NCBI GenBank assembly: GCA_002269645.1
Contig: NIVC01002660.1
Span: 87,744-151,743, forward strand
Source of the DNA: Macrostomum lignano
Taxonomy: Eukaryota
Length of the DNA stretch: 64,000 bases
Direction of reading: 5' to 3'
In this document: in pieces, positions 11,116-20,594 of the stretch
Position numbering within the stretch: position 1 is the first letter of the stretch
Layout of the letters: the number at the start of each line of letters is the position of its first letter
Translations under genes and position numbers: made by a program
Notes under the pieces: model-generated
The model's database searches: none
What the model saw: the letters and a program-made list of their open reading frames with translations, nothing else
What the model was told of the DNA's origin: nothing

Positions 11116-13305
11116 TCAAGCATCTGAGCTGTCGTTAAACGCTGAGCTGCTGTTGCCGCTGTTGTTGTTGGATTCGGCAGTTGTGGCGGCGGCTTCGGCG
11201 GCGTCAGCTGGTGCCTCGGCTGGTTCTGCTGTCGGCCGGTGCTCCTCGTGCTGCTGCTGCTCGCCGCTATCATTGTTGCTGTTGTCCCCGGTGCCATTGG
11301 CAACAATATTCGGTGTTGCTGTCGATCGATTTTCGCCGTCGCCTTCACGGTTGCCGTTGTCGCCGTCGCCGTCGGGAGGCTGGGCAGAAGCGGGCGGCTC
11401 CAGCTCCATGAGCAGCGGCAGGTGCATCTGCTGCAGACAGTAGCCGTCGTCCAGACCGCCGCCAGCGCCGGCACCAAATGTGGCCTCGGATTTGACGATG
11501 GCGGCTGAGAGCACCGAGTCGGAGCTGGCGCAGCCGCTGCCACCGCCGCCAGAGGCGTCGTCCGAGTTTGGTTGCGTCTGTTGCCGCTGTTGCTGCGGCT
11601 GCTGCTGCTGAGGACGCGGCGATACAACCAAAGGCGGGATGAGATCGTGGGTAGGTGAACTGGCTAGGGCTGCTAGGCTGGGCATTGGCGAGTGCTGAGG
11701 CTGCTGATGCTGCTGCTGCTGCTGCTGATGCAGCTGATGATGCTGCTGATGCGGCACATGCGACATCAAGGCGTGAGCTTGCCGACGTCGGCATCCGGTC
11801 GGATCAACGTCAGAAATAATAGCGTCAGCCTGACGGTAGAGCCTCGGCCGCTCCCTCGGCGGGCAGCTGAACCAGGCCTGCAACAGTCGGTTGTCGAAGT
11901 CCCTGTCAGGAGCTGACATGCAGTTCGGCCGGTGCAGCAGGTACTGCGCGGTGCGGAATCGGTGAAACATCATCCGGTCCTGCTGCTGCTGCTGCTGGTC
12001 GGCGTCATCTAGATCGCAGGACGGCTGCATGGGACGGTACTGGCTTTGCTGCTGCTGTTGCTGCTGATACGACGGCGGAGGCGGCGGCATTGGTTGCTGC
12101 GGATGCTGAGACGGCGGTAGCTGATGAGGCGACTGGGCCGGCCGATAGCCGCCGCCGCCGCCAGTCAAAATTCCGGCAGTGGCGGCGGAGGAGGTGGCGG
12201 CGGCGGCAGAAGACGAAGCCGGAATTTTGCCGGGAGACATTGCATTCCGCTGCTGCTGCTGCTGCTGAGCTGAAGGAACTCCTGGATGCTGATGAGGATG
12301 CGGAGGCTGCTGCTGATGCTGCACAAGATGATGTGGTGACATCTGCGGCGGCCGGTGCTGCGGCTGCTGCTGCGGCATGCCTGGCGGCAGACCGAACGGA
12401 AATCGCGTTGTTGCCGCCGAAGTTGGCATCTGCGGCAACTGCTGGGGCGACTGCGGCGGCAACGGCGGCCTGGGCCGATGAGGCGACATAGTTGCCGGAT
12501 GCTGGGGATGCTGATGCTGAGGAGGAGGATGATGATGATGATGCTGCTGAGGATGCTGGGCCCGGTGCTGCATCTGTTGCATTTGTTGCATCTGCTGCAG
12601 ATGCTGCAGCGGTGGCGGCGGCGGTGGAGGCCGAGGCAGAGGCGGGCGCTGCTGATGGCTGAAGCCGGGCATTGGCGGTCGCTGCTGGCAAGAAGCCGAT
12701 GTTGGAGGAGGAGGAGGCGGGGGCGGCTGCTGCTGCTGCTGCGCCTGCAACAACCTGGCCGTCTTGGGCGCGGGTTCATCTGCTGCCAGATCCGGCACGC
12801 TGTTAGATCGCTTGATGCCTACAGCTGGCAAGGCGGCGGTGTAGTCCGACATTTGGCTGGAGCTTGGCGGAGCCAAACGCTGCTGTGGTGGCGGCGGCTG
12901 CTGCTGTTGTTGCTGCTGCTGAGGCGGCTGCGGCCTTGGCGCCGAAGGTCTAGGAGCCGGCGGTCGCGGTTGTTGAAGTTGTCGATGCTGTTGCTGTTGC
13001 TGCTTCTGTTGCTGCTGTTGTTGCTGCTGATGTGGCGGCGCAGGAGGCTGTGTCGATAGCTGATGCTGCGGCTGCTGCATGAGCATCTGAAGCGACCTGC
13101 CACACCTGGGCAGCAGGATGCTCAACGCCCGGTCCTGCAACGAGTGGATGGTGCGCACAGCCTCCAGAAGTTGCAGTTCGGACAGCTGGCCAAGCAGCAT
13201 GCTGGCATTCTGGATGGTGCTCTGGAACAGCACCAGGCCACGGCCGCTGGGACCCGGCGGGCCCGCAGATGCTGCGGCGGCTGCTGCTGCTGCCGCGGCG
13301 GCCAT
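11116..13305 (-). CDS. Single-exon Q/P-rich nuclear protein (~729 aa) with a divergent HMG box; probable transcription or chromatin factor
   Basis: Long open frame from ATG 13305 to TGA 11116. MMFHRFRTAQYLLHRP..DFDNRLLQAWFSCPPRERPRLYRQA (~11815-11975) keeps HMG spacing: F+13=P, W+7=E, W+12=Y, W+15=A. Also polyQ/polyP tracts and a VKSE motif. Confidence 0.8.
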   Translation of the reverse strand: MAAAAAAAAAAASAGPPGPSGRGLVLFQSTIQNASMLLGQLSELQLLEAVRTIHSLQDRALSILLPRCGRSLQMLMQQPQHQLSTQPPAPPHQQQQQQQQKQQQQQHRQLQQPRPPAPRPSAPRPQPPQQQQQQQQPPPPQQRLAPPSSSQMSDYTAALPAVGIKRSNSVPDLAADEPAPKTARLLQAQQQQQPPPPPPPPTSASCQQRPPMPGFSHQQRPPLPRPPPPPPPLQHLQQMQQMQQMQHRAQHPQQHHHHHPPPQHQHPQHPATMSPHRPRPPLPPQSPQQLPQMPTSAATTRFPFGLPPGMPQQQPQHRPPQMSPHHLVQHQQQPPHPHQHPGVPSAQQQQQQRNAMSPGKIPASSSAAAATSSAATAGILTGGGGGYRPAQSPHQLPPSQHPQQPMPPPPPSYQQQQQQQSQYRPMQPSCDLDDADQQQQQQDRMMFHRFRTAQYLLHRPNCMSAPDRDFDNRLLQAWFSCPPRERPRLYRQADAIISDVDPTGCRRRQAHALMSHVPHQQHHQLHQQQQQQHQQPQHSPMPSLAALASSPTHDLIPPLVVSPRPQQQQPQQQRQQTQPNSDDASGGGGSGCASSDSVLSAAIVKSEATFGAGAGGGLDDGYCLQQMHLPLLMELEPPASAQPPDGDGDNGNREGDGENRSTATPNIVANGTGDNSNNDSGEQQQHEEHRPTAEPAEAPADAAEAAATTAESNNNSGNSSSAFNDSSDA

Positions 13306-13544
13306 AGCAACAAGCAATAAGTAATATTTGCCTTAAAGCTTCAATTAGCAATCGAATATTTGCTTATTTAAGTCTTCTTTGCCTGGAATTTTGTTTTAAA
13401 CCGCCAAAGTTGGAAGCGGCGTTAGCGAATTGGAGTGTGCAAACCTGCAAGGATGACGAAATTTTGAATACATAGCGAATATTTTAACATTCTTAGGTTC
13501 TGAGTAATGAAGTCTAGCAAAATCCATCATCTAACGGGATCCCA

Positions 13545-14380
13545 TGTCTTAAATCCCAAAATCCTGAATCATACCAAGTTCCCCCTGAATCCCAAATCGC
13601 GGTCGAAGGATCCCAAGTCCCTCCTGAATCCCAAATCCTGAAGGATCCCAAGTCCCTCCCGAATCCCAAATCCCGAATGATGCCAAGTCCCTCCCGAATC
13701 CCAAATCCTGAAGGATCCCAAGTCCCTCCCGAATCCCAAATCCTGAAGGATCCCAAGTCCCTCCCGAATCCCAAATCCTGAAGGATCCCAAGTCCCTCCC
13801 AAATCCCAAATCCTGAATGATCCCAAGTCCCTCCCGAATCCCAAATCCTGAAGGATCCCAAGTCCCTCCCGAATCCCAAATCCTGAAGGATCCCAAGTCC
13901 CTCCCGAATCCCAAATTCAGAAGTATCCCAAGTCCCTCCCGAATCCCAAATCCTGAATGATGCCAAGTCCCTCCCGAATCCCAAATCCTGAAGGATCCCA
14001 AGTCCCTCCCGAATCCCAAATTCAGAAGTATCCCAAGTCCCTCCCGAATCCCAAATCCCGAATGATCCCAAGTCCCTCCCGAATCCCAAATCCTGAAAGA
14101 TCCCAAGTCCCTCCCGAATCCCAAATCCTGAAGGATCCCAAGTCCCTCCCGAATCCCAAATCCTGAATGATGCCAAGTCCCCCCCGAATCCCAAATTCAG
14201 AAGGATCCTAAGTCCCTCCCGAATCCCAAATTCAGAAGGATCCTAAGTCCCTCCCGAATCCCAAATCCTGAATGATGCCAAGTCCCTCCCGAATCCCAAA
14301 TCCTGAAGGATCCCAAGTCCCTCCCAAATCCTGAAGGATCCCAAGTCCCTCCCAAATCCCAAGTCTCTAAGGATCCCAAG
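13545..14380. repeat. 35-bp minisatellite (CCAAGTCCCTCCCGAATCCCAAATCCTGAAGGATC)n
   Basis: About 23 tandem copies with few variants. Confidence 0.97.
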
Positions 14381-15002
14381 TTCTCGTTCTGTCTCAACTA
14401 TACAGGTTTCAAGTCCCCCATCTTCTAATTAACTCTAAACTTAGCAGACAGAAAAGATGAAATAACTCAGAGACACAGTAACCTACTATAAGTAGCAAAT
14501 ATTATTTTGTTCAATTATAGGCCTGATTTAATTTTCTTTGAAAAATAAAATATCAAAAAATCACTCCTTGCCGTCAATTTATAAAAGATTTTCGGTCTTG
14601 CTAGCATAAAAATCCAACTAACTAAAGAATATTGAATAAGAGTGAAAAAATACAAAAACAGTTGCTACAAAAATCGGAAAGTACACGCATAGCCAAAAGC
14701 AATACAATTAAAATTAGAAATCCAATAAAAATGCTTATTAGATTAGTTACTTGTAAAGTAGTGCTGCATGAATTAATATTAGTGATATTTTCAACAGCCA
14801 CAACAAAGCATGCCGAATGCTGACATACTGGCGTATCTCTAAGATGATAAAAGTAGCATATAAAGCACTTTAGCCTTTAAATTTACTGGTAAAGACATGC
14901 ATGTAAAATGCTATTTGGCAGCAATTCAGAATGCAAATAGCTAATTTTCATTGTTCAATTCAATTTTTTGACACGATTGAAAACAAAAAACTTTCCGAAG
15001 AT

Positions 15003-15722
15003 TGTGGGATGTGCAGATTGTGGGATGTGCAGATTGTGACGTGAAGATTGTGGGATGTGAAGATTTGGGTGTGAAGATTGGAGGATGTAAAGATTTGGAC
15101 GTGCAGAATGGGGGGTGCAGAGATTTGGACGTGAAGAATGGGGGGTGCAGAGATTTGGACGTGAAGAATGGGGGGTGCAGAGATTTGGACGTGCAGAATG
15201 GGGGGTGCAGAGATTTGGACGTGCAGAATGGGGGATGCAGAGATTTGGACGTGAAGAATGGGGGGTGCAGAGATTTGGACGTGCAGAATGGGGGGTGCAG
15301 AGATTTGGACGTGCAGAATGGGGGGTGCAGAGATTTGGACGTGAAGAATGGGGGATGCAAAGATTTGGACGTGAAGAATGGGGGATGCAAAGATTTGGAC
15401 GTGAAGAATGGGGGGTGCAGAGATTTGGACGTGCAGAATGGGGGATGCAGAGATTTGGACGTGAAGAATGGGGGGTGCAGAGATTTGGACGTGCAGAATG
15501 GGGGGTGCAGAGATTTGGACGTGAAGAATGGGGGGTGCAGAGATTTGGACGTGAAGAATGGGGGATGCAAAGATTTGGACGTGAAGAATGGGGGATGCAA
15601 AGATTTGGACGTGAAGAATGGGGGGTGCAGAGATTTGGACGTGAAGAATGGGGGGTGCAGAGATTTGGACGTGCAGAATGGGGGGTGCAGAGATTTGGAC
15701 GTGAAGAATGGGGGATGCAACG
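15003..15722. repeat. 30-bp minisatellite (GCAGAGATTTGGACGTG(A/C)AGAATGGGG(G/A)T)n just 3' of the FPGS stop
   Basis: About 22 near-perfect copies. The unit is a multiple of 3, which produces the shadow ORFs at 14941-15831. Confidence 0.97.
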
Positions 15723-15739
15723 ATCTCCATCCCTAACAG

Positions 15740-18252
15740 TCAAGCATCGCAACCGTCGGCCACTTCAGGCTGCAGCACGGCCAGCAGGCAGCCAACCAGA
15801 TGCAGACTGCCAGTTGCCAGCACAGCAATAGACCGAAGATGTCCAGCCATCGCTCTGCATTGAAGCCATTCGACAGCGTCTCGAAGACAAGACAGTTGAA
15901 CAGTTTCTGTGCCAGCCGGCATTAGACAGGCGAAAGCGCTTGCATTCTGCTGTGTAGCGGTCTCGGCCGCTTCAGGCGACACCATCAGGTTCACCAGCTC
16001 CGGATGGGCGGCCGGTTCAGCGTCCACGAGATTCGGACAGAACAGACCGGCCGAAAATTGTAACGGAAACTGTCCACTGCGAGCACCGATCAAGCTCTCA
16101 AGCAGCTCATTGGGATTTCTATCCCCAGTTCGATTGAAAATCAGCACACGCTCATCCACTGCTGGCGAACCGGATGTCAACTTGGAGAACCATTCCCCAG
16201 CCAATGGACAGCTTTCAATAGTGTGAGCTCCGTCGATATAAAAGGTGATGGTACATTCGGAGCTGTCACCAGTGGGCACCTTCCTGACGATGATGGTGTT
16301 CCTGCCCGGCCAGCGGGTGGACGAAATTGCGTCCACAAATGCTTCTGGTAGAGCAAATATCGACAGCGTGCGCGGTGCTTCTATGGCGTCACCATCAGTT
16401 GATACCGGATCTATGACGTCACCATTAGCTAATACCGGATCTATGACGTCACCATTAGTTGATACTGGATCTATGACGTCACCATTAGTTGATTTCAGAT
16501 CTATAACGTCATCATTCGTGGATACTCGATCTATGACGTCATTATTCGGCGATACAAGCTGTATAACGTCTCTATTTTTAGAAACTGAATCTGTGACGTC
16601 ACCATTGGAAGACGTTGGGCTGCTGACGATGCTATCATTAGCGGAGGTCCAGCGATTGCGGTCATTATTGGAAAATTGTATGGAATTTTTAGAGAGGTTT
16701 TTCAAACTGACGTCATCTTCATTGACAGAGCGGATGACGTCACGGATGGAAGGCTCAAATCTATTACCAGCACTGCCAGCCTCATCTGAGTACCGACGAA
16801 GCCACAGGCGAGCGAGCTGCAGCGCCAGAGCCGCATTCAGCTGTTGGTAGCCGTCAAGGCCCAGACGCTCGAAGCCGGCGAAGGCCGTCAGGCGAGGCGA
16901 CACCCGGATGGGGCAGCCGGCAGCCGCGGCCGCCCTGGCCAGCACCGGCAGACACTCGGCCGGCTGTTCGGGCGAGGTAACGCCAATGCAGCCCGGCTTC
17001 AGGATGCCCGCCTGCGGATTGATGAGTTTAAATGCCATTAGGAACTCACTTAGCTTAGTAATATTCGGCAATTTCATTATTAGAGCCAGGGGCTGTGAGC
17101 ACCCGGCCTGGCGCACTTTAAGCGACATTGTCACACAACCGGCGAGAGGCATTACTGTCCATGCTGCCGACTCCCCCGAGCAAGCACACACTCACACAGG
17201 TGTACATCGGCCCTAACTTTATTAATCGTTAGGCATGTACACTGCACTGTGTCTGGCGGGTTGGCCCTCAAGAACGAGAATCGTGCAAGCTTTTGTTAGC
17301 TCCTACTCTAGAGCAAGAGCCAAACCCCAAGGCACAGACAGTTCACATGCTGGACGATTAGAAAGTCAAGGACACTGTGCACCCTGTGTGAGTTGCGTTT
17401 CTATGTACAGTATTGGCGCGCTTTTGTGTGCGCAGGTGTCAGCGGAATGGACGGAACCGCTGTCACCGCTGGCTGTGGAACGATGTCGCCGAAGGCGTTG
17501 CATCAGTGTGCCCGCAGCCCTCCTGCAACTGTTATTATTATTAAGCCCACCTTGTGCCAGGCAATTTTATCGAGCGTGCCGCCCAGCAGCGCCGTGTGGT
17601 CGTGTCCCAGCGACGCAATGCCGCACACCCACGGCTCCTTGATGAAGTTCGTGCTGTCGTAGCGCCCACCGATGCCAACCTCCACGATGGCGACGTCCAC
17701 CGCCTGTTCGACAAACAGTCGCAGCGCCATGAAGGTGAGAAACCGGAAGTACCTCGGGAACTCAAAGCCGGAAGTGGCCGCCGTGGCAGCCGTCAGATCG
17801 TCGTGTAGCCGCCAGAACTGTTCCGCGAACTCCGACCGCGAGATCGGCCGGCCGTCAAGCCGGATTCGCTCGCGCACCTCTACCAGGTGTGGCGACGTGA
17901 ATAGGCCGGTTCGGAGGCCGCAGGCGCGCAGCAGCCGCTCAGTGTACGCGGCCGTGCTGCCCTTGCCTTTGGTGCCGGCGATGTGCACCGGCCTGAGCCC
18001 GGCCAGTGCAGTCTGGTGCAGCCCCACCCGAGCGGCCAGGTCCGCCAGTTGGGCCATTTCCAAGGACCTGTCCTGGCCGCCGGGTCTCTGTCGGGCGGCC
18101 CGACAGTTGGGCCCAGACTGCAGCTGGTTCAGAGCGGCGATGGCCGAAGCGTAGGAAACTTTGGAGGAGTCTGCGCTCCTCATCATTAAGACTGGCTGGT
18201 CAGCAACTGCAGTTGAGTGTGTTATTTGATATGCCTTATACGGTTCATTCAA
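15740..18252 (-). CDS. FPGS: Folylpolyglutamate synthase
   Basis: P-loop HIAGTKGKGST, GLFTSPHLVEVRERI, EVGIGGRYDSTN, DHTALLG, RWPGR, YIDGAHT and TGSLHLVG. Exons 18252-17551 and 17011-15740 join in phase 0 as WHK|AGILKPG across a GT-AG intron. Confidence 0.97.
17081..17218. mobile_element. Short dispersed MITE-like repeat, copy 1 of 3 (in the FPGS intron)
   Basis: Core GACATTGTCACACAACCGGCGAGAGGCATTACTG..GCCGACTCC..GAGCA recurs at 44622-44806 and 53401-53572. Ends are imperfect inverted repeats, AGTCAGGGG..CCCTAACT. Confidence 0.7.
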
Positions 18253-18482
18253 TAGAAAGTTGTCTAATATAATAAACTGTCAGGCAAAGGTGGGCTGAGA
18301 TAAGATAAGAAGTAGCACAAATTATACAACACCTGTAGTTAGTAGAACTAAGCCAATATTATCAGTTTAAGAATATTACCATAAAACCACTGAATGAATC
18401 GTCCAAGCCATAGTAAAAGTGGTGGGTTTCACGAGAACAAAATTCCACATTGGTTTAAATACCTTACTAATCATTTAGCTAA

Positions 18483-18760
18483 GCAGGCCCAATCTAGCTC
18501 AGCCAATAAGAGAGCAGTAAGGAGAGCGGTCTAAGTCAGACGTAAGAAAGTCAGTCTAGGGGACAGGCCCCAATCTAGCTCAGCCAATAAGAGAGCAGTA
18601 AGGAGAGCGGTCCAAGTCAGACGTAAGAAAGTCAGTCTAGGGGACAGGCCCCAATCTAGCTCAGCCAATAAGAGAGCAGTAAGGAGAGAGGTTAAAGTTG
18701 GACGGACGATAGTCGGCCTAGGGGGGGGGGGCAGGCCCAATCTGGCTCAGCTAATAAGAG
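18483..18760. repeat. ~81-bp tandem repeat (3.5 copies), each unit containing AGCCAAT, between HINT and FPGS
   Basis: GGCCCAATCT(A/G)GCTCAGC(C/T)AATAAGAGAG recurs at ~18485, 18566, 18647 and 18734. Confidence 0.85.
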
Positions 18761-18824
18761 AGCAGGGCAGTAAGGACTGAGTTCAAAGTCTAACTGTTTC
18801 TGCCCCGATTCTAAAACTCTTAAA

Positions 18825-18920
18825 GGCCATTAGGATGCTAATACAGGCCATTAGGGTGCTAATACAGGTCATTAGGATGATGAAACAGGCCATTAGGATG
18901 ATGAAACAGGCCATTAGGAT
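18825..18920. repeat. ~21-bp minisatellite AGGCCATTAGGATG(C/A)T(A/G)A..
   Basis: About five tandem copies. Confidence 0.8.
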
Positions 18921-19114
18921 GGTCAGAGGTAATTAGAGCATTTAGCTGGACAATTCTCATTAAAACATCTCATCAAAAGAAACAATAAATCAAGAAGCTT
19001 AAATTTCTTCACAATTCACACCTCATTATATTTACCGGCATCAGTTTGAAGAAAACCAAAATTATTTTTTAAACAATAAAGAGTAATAGTTCGGTTATCA
19101 TTGTATTACTATTA

Positions 19115-19624
19115 TTATCCAGGTGGCCAGCCCATCTGCCTGCCGCCCATGACGTGCACATGCAGGTGAAAGACGCTCTGGGCGCCGTCGCTGCCATTGT
19201 TAATCACCAGCCTGTAGCCATTGTTCAGACCCTGCTCGGCGGCCACTCTGCGAGCCGTTAGAATCAGATGGCCTAGCAGGGATTCGTCGTCATCTTTGGC
19301 GAATTCTAGCATAGGGATTTGCACTTTAGGAATCACCAGGAAGTGCACCGGAGCCTGCGGATTAACGTCCGAGAAGGCTAGAGCTCGATCGTCTTCGAAT
19401 AGCACTTTGGCTGGGATTTCCTTGCTGATGATCTTGTTGAATATGGTCGGCTTGTTCAGGTCGCCGTGGGCCGCCTCGGCTGCCGCTCGGGCCTTGGCCA
19501 CTTCGTCTGACATTTCTCTGCTGTAAGCGGCTGGTCTGGCTGCTGCCGCTGCTGCTTCTAAAAGACGATGCGACGACTTTGGCCAACGATTTGCTAAAGC
19601 TGCTAGGTTGCGAAACGACAACAT
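19115..19624 (-). CDS. HINT1: Histidine triad nucleotide-binding protein (HINT1/HINT2-like), intronless, with an N-terminal extension
   Basis: [62 protein letters not shown] (HIT motif HxHxH). An internal MSDEVAKA resembles the HINT1 start. Confidence 0.97.
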   Translation of the reverse strand: MLSFRNLAALANRWPKSSHRLLEAAAAAARPAAYSREMSDEVAKARAAAEAAHGDLNKPTIFNKIISKEIPAKVLFEDDRALAFSDVNPQAPVHFLVIPKVQIPMLEFAKDDDESLLGHLILTARRVAAEQGLNNGYRLVINNGSDGAQSVFHLHVHVMGGRQMGWPPG

Positions 19625-19669
19625 GCAAAATAGGGTGGCGAGAAGGAGGACTTATGCTAAAATCTATAT

Positions 19670-19995
19670 ATCTACAGTCAAATCTACAGTTCTTGGCTGT
19701 CAAATCTACAGTCAGTGGCTGTCAAATCTACAGTGACTGTCAAATCTACAGTGACTGTCAAATCTACAGTGACTGTCAAATCTACAGTGACTATCAAATC
19801 TACAGTGACTGTCATATCTACAATGACTGTCAAATCTACAGTGACTGTCAAATCTACAGTGACTGTCAAATCTACAGTGACTGTCAAATCTACAGTGACT
19901 GTCAAATCTACAGTGGCTGTCAAATCTAGAATCATTGGCTGTCAAATCTACAATTATTGGCTGTCAAATCTACAATTATTGGCTGTCAAATCTAC
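19670..19995. repeat. 18-bp minisatellite (CTGTCAAATCTACAGTGA)n immediately upstream of HINT
   Basis: About 16 tandem copies. Confidence 0.95.
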
Positions 19996-20594
19996 ACCCT
20001 TGGTAGTCAAAGCTGCAGATTGACTATAACATCTGCAGTCTAACCTGGACTTATCACAATGGCAGACGAACTAGTTGGTAAAAGCTGAGCACAGAGATTA
20101 AAATAAAAACAGAGAAGACAAAAATTATGGAATAAAAAAATCTGAATTATTATATTAAGATACGAAAAAGTACAAAATCATTACATAATAGCGAACCAAA
20201 AGTTACAAAACGTTGAACCAAGTTTTAAAAATTGTATAAATAGAAGAATTAGCAACATTGATAAAAACTAATTAAAAAACTTGCATGCACTTTTAATAGA
20301 AAAAGTATTTTCAGTGTGTAATTGGAAAAAATCAATTTAAGCTTACAAATATACAGTAACGGAATTAAAACACTAGTAACAGAAATGCGTAATGTAAAGA
20401 TACCCCGATGACAACGGTACCCAGGCCAAGAAGCGCCCCATAGTCGTTTCAGGTAAAACAGGTAAGTAAAATAGAAAAAAGTGGCTCTAGACGACTTTAA
20501 AGCAACGAGATATCAATGAGCCAGACTCTAATCTAAATGATTTTGCTTTTATATCCAACCCCAGTAAGTCAATGACGCCAGCTCAGAGCAGGTT

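Noticed and set aside
11052-13351. Many overlapping ORFs on both strands of the Q/P-rich gene
   Set aside because: They are shadow frames of CAG/CCG-rich coding sequence.
13514-14397. 35-bp array as a CRISPR locus or repeat protein
   Set aside because: The units are head-to-tail with no unique spacers, there are no cas genes, and the context is eukaryotic.
14941-15831. ORFs such as (CRDLDVKNGG)n resembling a Cys-repeat or antifreeze protein
   Set aside because: A 30-bp satellite is open in five frames. It lies 3' of the FPGS stop and has no start or signal context.
19615-19640. TTTTGCATG at the HINT start as a remnant of a flatworm spliced leader (SL-bearing retrocopy)
   Set aside because: The match is only ~7-8 nt to a leader recalled from memory, and there is no poly-A or TSD.
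20380-20470. Possible plus-strand exon (DDNGTQAKKRPIVVSG followed by GTAAGT)
   Set aside because: It is short, with no clear acceptor or partner exons and no recognisable homology.
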